This document shows, one piece after another, positions 22,401-29,302 of a stretch of DNA of 64,000 nucleotides. The DNA comes from an uncultured virus (IMG/VR IMGVR_UViG_3300032328_000910) (taxonomy: Duplodnaviria > Heunggongvirae > Uroviricota > Caudoviricetes > Crassvirales). Where the stretch lies: the IMG/VR virus record IMGVR_UViG_3300032328_000910; one strand, 5' to 3'. The translations under genes were made by a program, and so were the position numbers. Below the pieces are notes generated by a model. It was not told where the DNA came from. It searched no databases and saw nothing but the letters and a program-made list of their open reading frames with translations. How positions within the stretch are numbered: the first letter of the stretch is position 1; each line of letters opens with the position of its first letter.

Positions 22401-24374
22401 ATATAGCAAACCTGTTTGTTCTCTAATAATAGCACGCTCGGCTTCGGGTTTTAAACCTTTACCTGCAATATTATTGTAAGCTTTACGGTACGCAGTTTCA
22501 GTTGCAATAATGTCACGTTCCATAATAGAAATAGCATTATCAATATTTTCAAGACCAAAGTTAAGACGCTCTTCTTCGGTAAGATTAGCAACCATTTTGT
22601 CTTTAAATTCTTTAGAACGAACTTGGTCGAGTAGTACATCAATGCTTCTACTTTCAGCTGCATTAATAGCCATATTAAGAGCTAATGCACTTTTCTGTTG
22701 TGAGATAATACGGTCAGCTTTATCACGAGGCATTTTACCGCTATCAACAGCAGCTTGAACTTCTTTAATCTTAGCAGAAAAACCTGCAATTGCCATTTCA
22801 CGATTAGCAATGTTTTTAAGAAGAGCATTTTGTTGTTCTTTAGCAGCTTTGTTTGCACCAGTTACGCGTCCGCCTATCTGTTCAAACGCTACTCCGCCAA
22901 TCATACCCCAAAGACCTGCTTCCCATGCGTCAGCATTTTGCAGATTCTTCATAGTACGTTCAGTGAAAAATTCAGATTCAGGTTCTTCTCCACTTTTATC
23001 TGTACCTATCATCTTTTTACCATAGTACTTACCTTCTTCACCTCCAATGTAATTTATTACTTCTTCTATACCTTCAGTACTCTGTCTACCTACTGCCATC
23101 GCATAGGGCGAAGCATTTGCAAAGGCTCTGCCGAACTTTGTTTTGGGGGCTTGCCCTAAGGCTGTATTTATCTTATTATTGCGAGCTACCCCCCTTGTAC
23201 GCCCTAAGGGACTAAGTATAGTTCCCATTTGGATAAAATCAAAAACGATATTCGCCGAATTTACCTGATAAGTGTAATATCCAGCATTACTCGCAACGTA
23301 GTTAGCAAGGTTCTCTTTAGTTATATCTAAACCTCTTTCCGCAGCCATTTTTACAAAATCCTTGCCTACTTCAGATGCAAGTACTTCATTATACTTTTCA
23401 TCATCGGTAAATGCAGCTAAGCTTTCGCGCTTTACATCATTAACAACTCCGAAAGCTTCTTTAGTATTTTCAGCATGACGCATTACAGCAGCACCTGTTA
23501 ACTGTTTAATTAGGTCTTTAGATGTGCGACCCATATTAGTACCAGCATTTAAGATATTATCTGCGGCAGCTTGCATACGTAGTTTACCAGTAACTTTTTC
23601 TACAGGAGCAGCACCTCTCGCTACTTTAGCAGCTTGAGTTAATTGTTTAAGCTTATTGGCTTTACCCGCTACATTAGTAGCTTTAGCTAAAGCAGAAGTC
23701 ATCATCTTAAATGCAGTAAGAGCTTTAGTAGCACCCAAAGCCGGAACCATCATAGAAAGTGTAGATGCCATGCTAACACCATTCTTAAACCACCACCCAC
23801 TATCGCCAAAAGAAAAGTTACCATCTTCTTTAAGCTGATATATAGGTGTAGTAGCGCGAGTACTGTTTTGAATGTCGTCACCCAAACTAATCATATAATT
23901 ATCAAAGTCGGTAGTACCGCCATAAATAGCATTATAAATCATTTCAGGTGCTTCTCCAAGTGTACCAATAGCTCCAATTGTACCACCTAATATTTCACCA
24001 ACAAGAGATTGATTAACCCAACCTAAAGCTTGTGCACCAAAAGATTGACCACGAGCTCTTTGCGTATTAATATCATCAAGTGATTGGTCAATACGAAGTT
24101 CTTTGATATAATCCTTATATTCATCGCGGTTAATTGTAGACATAAAACCTTGATGAATTTGTTGATTATCTTGTCCACGTTTACCACCTTTAATAACATC
24201 TAAACCTTTTTTATCAGTAGTACCCTGAACGTTAGGTTCTGTTGTAGGTGGAGTAACAGGAACTACAGGAGGTGCAGTAGAACCTCTACTTCCTCGGCTT
24301 GTACCACTTCCAGTTAAAGCACTAAGCCCGCTGCGTAGGTTATCGCCATTGCCATTACCATTGTTATCTGCCAT
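10440..24374 (-). CDS. giant virion-packaged RNA polymerase polyprotein (crAss-type double-psi beta-barrel vRNAP)
   Basis: 4644 aa; catalytic TGADFDVDK (DFDVD at 13563-13577) preceded by YRIP, plus DGQGY, KYS and ESAEKVG motifs of crAss vRNAPs; Gly/Ala-rich hydrophobic N-terminus; two HExxH motifs. Confidence 0.9.
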   Translation of the reverse strand: MADNNGNGNGDNLRSGLSALTGSGTSRGSRGSTAPPVVPVTPPTTEPNVQGTTDKKGLDVIKGGKRGQDNQQIHQGFMSTINRDEYKDYIKELRIDQSLDDINTQRARGQSFGAQALGWVNQSLVGEILGGTIGAIGTLGEAPEMIYNAIYGGTTDFDNYMISLGDDIQNSTRATTPIYQLKEDGNFSFGDSGWWFKNGVSMASTLSMMVPALGATKALTAFKMMTSALAKATNVAGKANKLKQLTQAAKVARGAAPVEKVTGKLRMQAAADNILNAGTNMGRTSKDLIKQLTGAAVMRHAENTKEAFGVVNDVKRESLAAFTDDEKYNEVLASEVGKDFVKMAAERGLDITKENLANYVASNAGYYTYQVNSANIVFDFIQMGTILSPLGRTRGVARNNKINTALGQAPKTKFGRAFANASPYAMAVGRQSTEGIEEVINYIGGEEGKYYGKKMIGTDKSGEEPESEFFTERTMKNLQNADAWEAGLWGMIGGVAFEQIGGRVTGANKAAKEQQNALLKNIANREMAIAGFSAKIKEVQAAVDSGKMPRDKADRIISQQKSALALNMAINAAESRSIDVLLDQVRSKEFKDKMVANLTEEERLNFGLENIDNAISIMERDIIATETAYRKAYNNIAGKGLKPEAERAIIREQTGLLYENEKVLDAVGSVKSRVQALEETDDQIKNHANPHARDLVEIQALDEYIKDWELVAQHADTFQMDKKEIQSKIDKAKAKKEKLTKSINDAGGKIEIIDLKNKDLLDLHKEWVGYEATISHNNERINELNNSTGREAAQKAFDNNRAAEERRVKEKQFGDYKVSVDKLLANPDINQVVSNLEIEVKNQKNEEYRKYAEQKLADMKARQSVQQRIQAEPSLLQPTPTTEVTPTAPTTETGTETNWITEDDINNDYVNTVEDDDVIDGFAVFRGKKNSEGQRRALFDKFSDKIANIVNDKKLSVKQKLDNLKKLFDSPTFAENKAAKERIKGEYIKLAKAGKANTTADGTFTTSTNVVVGTTYSKDGNVYTVNSLYTDQLGKAWAEVSYTDSNGKVVKGKIALSVLEQSISTGNATIVTSTESTVIVNPVVNNADVVTSLKEVFVVLGNYEGVASNVRTVMQEFLRKYGYVVPTHIDNLFYSLNPIRPTIEITDKRLYNGAIAQFNPATNSITISLTAFEESGQDLAFLVEIAFAHEFVHFVLNNAFPVWNDKTGSVPEERKDFNEALKPVIDALRDLYAAKGGDFGRKTMNEIADAILTSSNPEEILTYFLTSPMTADYLVNTPVETKLRELFHAEPALAKLNELFAKAIVNAEPVNAPMPSPIRITEAARVLARDYDIDFSKIKGTGPNGMITKGDVVKYITDNQINLPAELQTLLATEEVTSTNNLGNNMQENNIYLSFVNLGIVNGVVDAGAYNKAVKEMYGYDPQVEQKDLEKIISTVLNPQLGKGSTIEIVPTPAGGYALKTLGGTLIGFINSPAGLIKTLGFAELFDNMTADELTAVIESKDRKYSKGDKNLAAWKLREINGTNEGDKPFSSHIAILKSQIATTKQIEQQLFNIWGNNPMARVTTTITRKTSGNLNSGKEQRNVTDLYPEADEIFFVPKVIDAGLATELVSSEGNKFERNPDATDYFNQDGVYYVGNAYMLIPGANSIIGDRSTYIPVKLETVSVDEASAKEAYDKVMEIITKIRNLIDVQKVEPKNVLANEDIKALKKELNNIMYVAETEKTGVKDYLKVFSDRIEFTFGDGFTANIYLTSQKTTEVATNLEITQLDADGKPQVIQLTNKKGRKVSRMSMENNPAIFEDLIKRAFAKKRFNVNFKNLQTKGEYKGHKSYARYLLATGKLTIDIDPIKGKDGKILKDGFGNPIPMVTSKSASKARNSNLVIAIDPQLSVIGQTAKQVTEQVKTDEAVDDVQKMYNEIAELTDKLEALKANTPEFVAEVFIAKLLGSKGFKVTPESAKKETGGKVGKDVNTAFTDKKGKTVEKLAEDMQASPELANMDLQDIRNIIIDILKKGKNNFIAEYSTDGQITELQNRIKDLEAKIKAVSVTVDETKDIAATEVQSIADTLFKEGKVLTNSKALAEELASSDEVFDKLTDNQSVEISETANGWLVKIIDLGTGVTRLKAVKPDTKAANTIDVQAAETWWKSVFGDNIPLDTNIANLLTRQGVQAWGVFEDAMVKISRQAVRGTEYHEAFHVVFWLYLDDAQRSKILDEAREKYGNLTALELEEAIADEFMDYMLKKGETNKVVPAAKGLFAKLWDWVRNWFKPRSYGGSKAIDKLFASIDSGTFKYAPDSKAVAYAKTIKRFKVVEGYTRSEEAETIGLLTKMYVDYADNTAVQNTEAMRTPKEFIKTELQRYLRIVPANKRKNINRVLLDLDKFMPKTIQNVSRQFGITQDEDLDNLEMQEIEKKWDDGAVFGTSSKDSISNYIKKVIMTTPKTAINSEGEYVSDTDTFLGLETFLDFNKVYPYIQRNMLGAATIEEMIDRLRNMSNHDPAIIHIVARLENDQNLRAAWYTQFHKQSPDKYVILLDNGQETSIKVDVSNKNTSHYLLANEWKSNFLAKIEQGNFSVEYLKQMGAIYKELEQLAYQDRFNNNKADIIDKTVDLLNNLGIVVTNTQLTKVINNPIIGQRFGSQKDVWTDIFKTGLASIYREIGIYNKLTAEEKLEYKFQSLSRLNDISQVVNLFQYDKIESSSFDVKGNNVYSSTNPHFMSNLFEELKAAVDMRYIGQDQAKERVLAMMQQFYMSDGMTRSNWLMGTNGTNGLILGNKYPNSIADINWDFVTKWNYGLIDGVKNLSEVEGEKYTEMSDSTWMATQLIMYLETGDPDTIRLPFLVPADKANIPFITSPRFRAIFKDGKLLENSDLFKALKNMVNAEIDKMKAAQKLMYVDMGDGTFIPKEHKAYNSPDYDSDIHVDYYQLEKNYHYQKTDKNGMPILMNGGKPTGNVFKFYNIPAIKVKSLFENGFVLNVNPETQLAIDTEITAGIHKFVENRIKKGKELYAEEIIKGTEQYARYNNFTEFIAEYMLNSHISNVEQFNFFIGDHAEYKHAKDSNKRAFEAIAPSVRPLLEVMGETFTGATIKDVELASDIYGSIAENVAVAIKREQPKLRGLEMRVAKVSKRDADEDLNELEKAVHDIVSAYHSINIGDGQGYVSIDRYEKIVKGLGRWSKNYEKLFRKVRKGDTLDVNDLNLFLQPIKGFYYGRTYSEFQGRFVADQVKYSSVPLIPQLIKGTDAEKLYKWMNENKLDEVFFESAEKVGITHVMRITDKDGKIDDNALNNYHVDNGFTHKTFENKNWGVQLDVPDHLMDADNLLGTQIAKLIISNLPADGIYTVNGKDYKTSELIQIYFDTMAANIQEDATNLIERIGAVKFTRNDGTAGYKFPDKNKLREVLVSEIERRGVSDNYVDAIELIDTIDGNEFTLPMFVSHMANKWESILTSLFTNNVTNQKLPGGSAVLLSSVFVTNKLNQAAKPTVIDLDAYDSATMGNINWLKEKVDANDFSLKMTELTPDGKVVAAEVLLPAWSEKFYIKDEVTGEYKLDDINNIPEEVRTMLWYRIPSEEKYSMVYTKVVGFLPQSMGSTIVMPREIVTSTGADFDVDKKFGVIPHFEVNDVDGKRTYSKVQFDESKSLQDNSRKARDNRIIDIWTSILSNPLHYKDTLSPQSFEDGKNAKAEVAALLGEDSDDINAMSVEGQLYFRKQNIAGRALKGMAADSNAFLTIAQVAKMKLREDLGFKILYPVEQRAELERKYGKGTEITKDGVKYIEINHNQLGWNQDGSFDNATGKTTTRHASQMLAMILDIVKEGIPDNVNTYTFYPYITMLNTGIDIQYTSMFIRQPILNDLAIRFFENQGAFSDGSTTEIEDIKKKYQKALIKEMVKAGHKIGNDKDFMQAVRDDNFFISAEMSKDLFGIESGAVTAFAIDELRNGLSDYATFKNGDRDNAKLIAYLKQQLKVLEAYKTYKEAGEAYNDVLNVFNTDKIGAGPSMSKTESLNRKIEQATYYYRQSELATAIKNKRNHTAKLFNVSDYNTLAELAEAKAKAKTEKQEFKYKDTDYVKFGEGARVFVNIDGKDIPATVAIYPEFFKQTVNGSVVHPDYAGMTHKSVYSILETYKQFANDLSVDVLGGEFIEHSPAFKDLFDNVQRFTGLGYNEKVVKSVSTFAKHLIMSELPAFKYLDRGRIMGVTTEIETNSDISFDAFKELSFANKLMIMKQRMKDQLADDTHIMNYLVPKMDVDTVKRNGTHMVEFINTKTDNLTDDRLTDSIVEMWNSEDEFVADLARDLVNHNFVSASFEMKKDSYGKLIPTSILKELGLGEHLYKAAFEMQNRDYFAKHYPNFMDNFIRNNAGNSNIVPYVQTKWADKTRSNTNGTPIWVANNGIITVTTKSLLKDDANIKKAPYITVPTYAVQKVNGFNVRVKTGTKLYRKYGEVNGAVKYYEVTKLGNRNMFELDNTTITDNLALHEPALFEHVIQNGHYIGVPEFKRLLETRPAIANAYMISDSYIGDTKFKSIFLDKNSNKDKYDVGENVLVTSTKPVGEIAPNNKLTGTLAKTYNVIKDGANVITDKGSSIDTYLDKFAKDGVLIKIVHNDVVSYSKTIESVNIGKFRTAGLTLEQRDALLEAHKNEQIDENGADCTN

Positions 24375-24386
24375 AGTTGTTTGATA

Positions 24387-27300
24387 TTATTTCATAAATA
24401 TTTGAATAATTTCCTCATCTTTACCTGCTTTCTGAATAATACTATAAGAAAGACTACTGTTATTAATTTTACCTCCAGAACTGTTGGCTTCAAGCCATGC
24501 TTTAATTTTCTTTCCTTTATCAGTATGCCCAAATATATCAATACCTCTACCAACTACGTGAGAGTTAGTCGCAGCTGCACCTAAATTCTTATTAGCAAAA
24601 TTACTTCTAAGAAACGATGCAACTTCATAAGGCATCTTGATTTGATTTTCAAGTCCTTGCATTTCTTTAAGAAAATCGCTATCGAGATATGGAGCTGAAG
24701 ACTTAGGTGAACCTGTATTAGCGTATTTAAGCTTAACAACTTTGTTAGCATCATACACTTTTTCAAGACCTGCAAGTGGAACCATAAAAGCATTTTGACC
24801 GGCAGACAATTGTTCAATATCTAATTGAACGTCTGTTTCAGACGAATATGCAGATTCAAATCGAGTTTGTCCAGTTTCTCTATCTTGGTACAAAACGTCC
24901 CAATTAGTAGCACCTGTAAGGTCAGTATTACGAGTTACTTTAATCTCGTACTTACCGAGATATAAAGTTTTATTAAGACTCTTTTTAGTTTCACCTTTTT
25001 TAGGATTAGGTAGTTCAACAGGATAGCGTTTAAATTCAGCTAATTGACTATCTACTACGTCTTGTTCCCAAAGTTTAGCAAGTATGTTTGCTTCTTCAAC
25101 GTCAAACAGAGTTTTACCACCCATACGACCTTTATCATTAATGAAAGTACCTGTTTGAACGCTATGTTGAGCTTCGCGAATAGCACCTTCTTTAGCTGGA
25201 CCAGCAGGTTGAAGTAGAATCTCACGTGGAGGGTCTTGAGTAACATTACCTTTATCATCAGTCTTCCATTCTTTAGCTACAAGACAATAACCTACACCAG
25301 GAAGATATTCTTCGGTCATCCCTGTAACAATAGTGTTCTGTGGTTTATATTGCGAATTAGCATCATCAAACATAACTAATTTACCATCCGCTTGTACAAT
25401 ACGATAATCTTTAGGATATTGACGTACTTGCGCAGTCATATTTTGAGTAAATGGACTTCTGCCTGTAACATCACCAAACTTAGTAATAGTAGTGTTATCA
25501 CTACCAGCAGGATTCATAGATAAATCTACAAAGGTATATTGATATGTACGATTTTCTGAAATTTCTTTCATTTTAGCGTTCATTTTTTTACCAATTTCCC
25601 CTTCTTTACCATTTTCAAATAAACCGTAAGTAGATACATCTTTCCAAGTAGTACCATCTTCTAAAGGTCGACTATTATAAAATGCGTCAAATTCTTTAAC
25701 AAGTTTAGCTTCAGCAGCTGCAAATTTAGTTTCCATTTCAGGAGTAAGCTTACCTTCTTTTTTCATTCGAGCTTTAGTAGTTTCAATACCAGCTTTAAGA
25801 TGTCTTTCGGCATTGCCCCAACTAGACCCCCAAGCATTAGCAGTTTCGTCTAAAATAATAGCATTAGCGTCAATTGGACTAAAACCACCTATTTCATTAA
25901 AACCTTCATTATCAGGATTACTTGCTCTTTGTTCTTTTGCCGCAAGACTATATGTACCAAAACCGCTTAATACGTCTGTAATTTCATCACGATGTTGCTT
26001 AGCTCTTACCATTTTAGGGTTTTTAAACAAAGCTTCTTGTTTAGCGACATATTGTTTAACAGCGTCTTCTCCGTACTCTTCAACCAATTTTTCTTTAGCG
26101 TACTGTTGCCACATATCTAAATCCGCAGCCGCAGCTTTAAACTTATCGAGATTGATTTGGATATTCTCTAAATCATCTTCAAGATTGGCTGTATTTTGCC
26201 CTTGTGCTTTAGCTGCAACTATTTCAGCTCGTTTGGCATCATATGATTTACCGTGCAAAGCTACTTGGTCAAGTGCAGCTTTTTTAGCAGTAGTATAAGT
26301 ACTAAGATTTTTAACGCCATCTACACTGTAAGCTTGTGTATAGTGTTCATGGATGATACGTTTAGAAGGTACAGTAGTATAATTACCGCCACCAGCACCC
26401 GCAGCACTTTCACCTTTAGCAGCTTGTTTAGCCCACCAAGGCATACCAAAAGACGTAGCAGTTTCTTTAACGTAACTATGCTTAGCAGTCGGTCCGATAA
26501 TACTATTATAAACTACAGATTCTTGCTTATGATTAGCAAGTATTTGGTCATCAGACATATTGTCAACTTCGGCTTGATTAAAACCAAGAATATTAACCAA
26601 ATCATCAGCCATAGCAGCTCTCGCATCTGTTTTAGTTTGCCCAGTAGCTAAAGCATATTCATCAAAGGTTTTACTGTTTTTACCGCTATCATAGGCAATA
26701 CGTTCACGAACTTCTCCATCTTGTAATAGATGCTTACGTGCAGCTTGTAGCACTTGTTCAAATGGAACTTCTTCTGTACTTGGTTGGTATATGTAACTAC
26801 CATCCGCAGTTTTACCTTCTTCTGCCCAAATCCATTTATCATCTTTTTTAATGATAACACGACTTTCACCTTTAGGCCCAGTCATACGACCAATGTGTTG
26901 GTCAGCTTTAAAACCAGTAAGAAACTTATCAACGCGTTCACCCATATTAATGTACTTAGGTATTTTACCCATCGACCAATGACCACTATATGTATTGGTC
27001 TTAGGGTCATACTGTACACCTTGATAATTTTCTTCAGCTTTAGATTGCTCATACTTCACATCTTCGAGAAGAATACCGTTCTCTTCTTCACTTTTACCTA
27101 CTCGTTCAGCAGCCGCAGCTACTTGAGCTTCTTTACCTTTTTTAGATTCCAAAGCCTCCATAACGCCTTGATTAGTAGCAAAGTTTTTAGTTTCATTACG
27201 TACAAGCATAGAAGCATTTTCCCAATCACCTTCAGCGAGTACACCTTGTATACCAGCTTTAAGCTTATTATAAGCTTGGTCTTTTATAGCTTGGTCTTTC

Positions 27301-27470
27301 TCGTGAACGTCAAGATTAGCGATAGCTATTTCAAGCTTATCAGCAGAATCTTTATTAGAATAGTATCTACCTTCAAGAACGCCAGCTGTTTCGTCAGCTT
27401 CGGCAATAGGTTTACCAGCATAGGTAGGTACATAATTACCGTAAACCAAATCATTTAACACCTTTCCCAT
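24387..27470 (-). CDS. ejected virion protein with C-terminal peptidase M15-like domain
   Basis: 1027 aa; C-terminal SFLRS...N...GAAATNSHVVGRGIDI; lies between cargo protein and vRNAP. Confidence 0.7.
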   Translation of the reverse strand: MGKVLNDLVYGNYVPTYAGKPIAEADETAGVLEGRYYSNKDSADKLEIAIANLDVHEKDQAIKDQAYNKLKAGIQGVLAEGDWENASMLVRNETKNFATNQGVMEALESKKGKEAQVAAAAERVGKSEEENGILLEDVKYEQSKAEENYQGVQYDPKTNTYSGHWSMGKIPKYINMGERVDKFLTGFKADQHIGRMTGPKGESRVIIKKDDKWIWAEEGKTADGSYIYQPSTEEVPFEQVLQAARKHLLQDGEVRERIAYDSGKNSKTFDEYALATGQTKTDARAAMADDLVNILGFNQAEVDNMSDDQILANHKQESVVYNSIIGPTAKHSYVKETATSFGMPWWAKQAAKGESAAGAGGGNYTTVPSKRIIHEHYTQAYSVDGVKNLSTYTTAKKAALDQVALHGKSYDAKRAEIVAAKAQGQNTANLEDDLENIQINLDKFKAAAADLDMWQQYAKEKLVEEYGEDAVKQYVAKQEALFKNPKMVRAKQHRDEITDVLSGFGTYSLAAKEQRASNPDNEGFNEIGGFSPIDANAIILDETANAWGSSWGNAERHLKAGIETTKARMKKEGKLTPEMETKFAAAEAKLVKEFDAFYNSRPLEDGTTWKDVSTYGLFENGKEGEIGKKMNAKMKEISENRTYQYTFVDLSMNPAGSDNTTITKFGDVTGRSPFTQNMTAQVRQYPKDYRIVQADGKLVMFDDANSQYKPQNTIVTGMTEEYLPGVGYCLVAKEWKTDDKGNVTQDPPREILLQPAGPAKEGAIREAQHSVQTGTFINDKGRMGGKTLFDVEEANILAKLWEQDVVDSQLAEFKRYPVELPNPKKGETKKSLNKTLYLGKYEIKVTRNTDLTGATNWDVLYQDRETGQTRFESAYSSETDVQLDIEQLSAGQNAFMVPLAGLEKVYDANKVVKLKYANTGSPKSSAPYLDSDFLKEMQGLENQIKMPYEVASFLRSNFANKNLGAAATNSHVVGRGIDIFGHTDKGKKIKAWLEANSSGGKINNSSLSYSIIQKAGKDEEIIQIFMK

Positions 27471-27494
27471 GATTATATTGATTTAAAGATTAAA

Positions 27495-27520
27495 GCCTCA
27501 CTGTACGAATACAGCGAGGC
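27495..27520 (-). terminator. intrinsic terminator / UUCG hairpin
   Basis: Minus strand GCCTCGCTGTA-TTCG-TACAGTGAGGC followed by TTT. Confidence 0.65.
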
Positions 27521-27547
27521 ATAATATAATTTTACTTAGTATCGTTA

Positions 27548-29302
27548 TTACTTTGGTTTAAAAAACCCATACTTTGAAGCCATTGCGGCATTGTTAATAC
27601 CGGCACCAATGGTAGCTCCAAGAGCATCACCTTCAATTTCTTCAGGAGTCTTAGCATTTTTTTCTTTAGGTTTAAACGCTTTTTTAACTTTAGAACCAGC
27701 TTCTTTTACACCGTCGAGAAATTGCTCATACGTAATGTCATCAGCTTCATAAGCATCAAATACAGCTTGAAGATTACGGTCAAATACACCGCTTTCTTTA
27801 TACTTAGCTTTCATAATCTCCATAGTGAGATTGTCTTTACGGCGGAGATTGTCTTCTGCAATTTGCATTTGAGCGTCTTGAGCTGTATTGGCAAGGTTAG
27901 CAGAAAGACGTTGGTGAATATCATCAATACGCGACATCTTAAGCATATTATAATTTTCTTCTTTAGCAATGTTTTGATTGTTAACTTGTTGACGATTCAT
28001 AGCGTCAGCATTAATCAACTGCGTTTCTGCATTCTCTTTCTGACCGTACAATTGGTTCTTTTGTTCAGTAGCCATAGCCCCAGTAGCAAGCATTTGAGTA
28101 CGAACTAAACCACTGTTACTTGTATTACGAGTGAGATTCTTTTGTACATTCGCTTGTTGACGTTCAGCATCAGCAAGCTGCGGGTTAATATTAAACTCTG
28201 TTTTAAGCGGCTGTACTACATCATTAACAGGTGCAGGAATACGGGGCGATTTAGCAGTAATAATAGCGTTACCAATATTATCAGCATAAGGTAATGCAGA
28301 AGTAATTAAATCGCCAAACGCAGCTTGACCTTCAGGATTTTGAATACCTTTACGCTGTTTAAACATTTCTTGAGATGCAAAGAGTTGTTTAAGCTCCATA
28401 TCAAGTTTTTGTATTTCACGCTTCGCAGAATTAGTATCAAAAATATCAGTAGCTTCGGACAATCGTTTCTCAACGTCACCTTTTTTCTTACCGATTTTTT
28501 CAGCTTGTTGGGCATATGTAACACCTTTATTAAACTCTAATCGGTCACTGAATACATTGACACCTTGTTGAGTGTTTTGCAATACTTCGCCATCTTCAAC
28601 TTCTGCTTCTGCGCCAATTTGAACGCCACCTTGTTCGTGAGTTGCACCTTCTACTTGTTGAACACCATTAGCAAGTTTTTCAACTTCACCGCCCTCGACT
28701 GGCAACATTTGAGGATTAGGATTAACAGCTTCTTCCGGAGCGATTGTACCGCCGACAGCGCACTTTTTCATACGACCACCTTTGGCAAAGTAAGATGCAT
28801 TTTTAACTCCAGTAGTAGGAAATACATTAAGAATAGCTCTACTGTAACTGTCATCGCGAGCAGACTTACGCTCCATTTCAGCTTTCTTTTCTTCACGTAC
28901 AGCAGCGTTTTGTTTTGAAGCATTAATACCTTGTATAATACCGCCACCGATTGCTCCAATTCCAGCGCCAACAGCAGAACCAATTGGACCAAAAGCAGCT
29001 CCAATACTTGCACCACTACCCGCACCTCGTAAAGCTCCACTTAAGGCTTTTCCACCTACATTTACTGTACCGTCATTACTATCTGCCAGATTATCAACTA
29101 ATCCACCGACAGTCTGAACAGCTGCATTACCGTAAGTAAGAAAATCTTTTTTAAAGGCTGCGTCGTAAGGACTACTCATTTGTGCAGTATTACCTTTAAT
29201 AGTCATGCTATTAGGGTCACCAGCAATAGGAAATATAGGAGCTGTACCGCCATCCCCATACAACCTACTCTTCGGCATTCTTTTTAACTTCACTTTCTTC
29301 AT
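27548..29302 (-). CDS. virion cargo/ejection protein (crAss cargo protein 1-like)
   Basis: Gly-zipper hydrophobic segment GASIGAAFGPIGSAVGAGIGAIGGGII; GATHEQGGV...AEVEDGEV...VFSD motif; Gln/Asn-rich coiled coil; follows the muzzle gene. Confidence 0.7.
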   Translation of the reverse strand: MKKVKLKRMPKSRLYGDGGTAPIFPIAGDPNSMTIKGNTAQMSSPYDAAFKKDFLTYGNAAVQTVGGLVDNLADSNDGTVNVGGKALSGALRGAGSGASIGAAFGPIGSAVGAGIGAIGGGIIQGINASKQNAAVREEKKAEMERKSARDDSYSRAILNVFPTTGVKNASYFAKGGRMKKCAVGGTIAPEEAVNPNPQMLPVEGGEVEKLANGVQQVEGATHEQGGVQIGAEAEVEDGEVLQNTQQGVNVFSDRLEFNKGVTYAQQAEKIGKKKGDVEKRLSEATDIFDTNSAKREIQKLDMELKQLFASQEMFKQRKGIQNPEGQAAFGDLITSALPYADNIGNAIITAKSPRIPAPVNDVVQPLKTEFNINPQLADAERQQANVQKNLTRNTSNSGLVRTQMLATGAMATEQKNQLYGQKENAETQLINADAMNRQQVNNQNIAKEENYNMLKMSRIDDIHQRLSANLANTAQDAQMQIAEDNLRRKDNLTMEIMKAKYKESGVFDRNLQAVFDAYEADDITYEQFLDGVKEAGSKVKKAFKPKEKNAKTPEEIEGDALGATIGAGINNAAMASKYGFFKPK

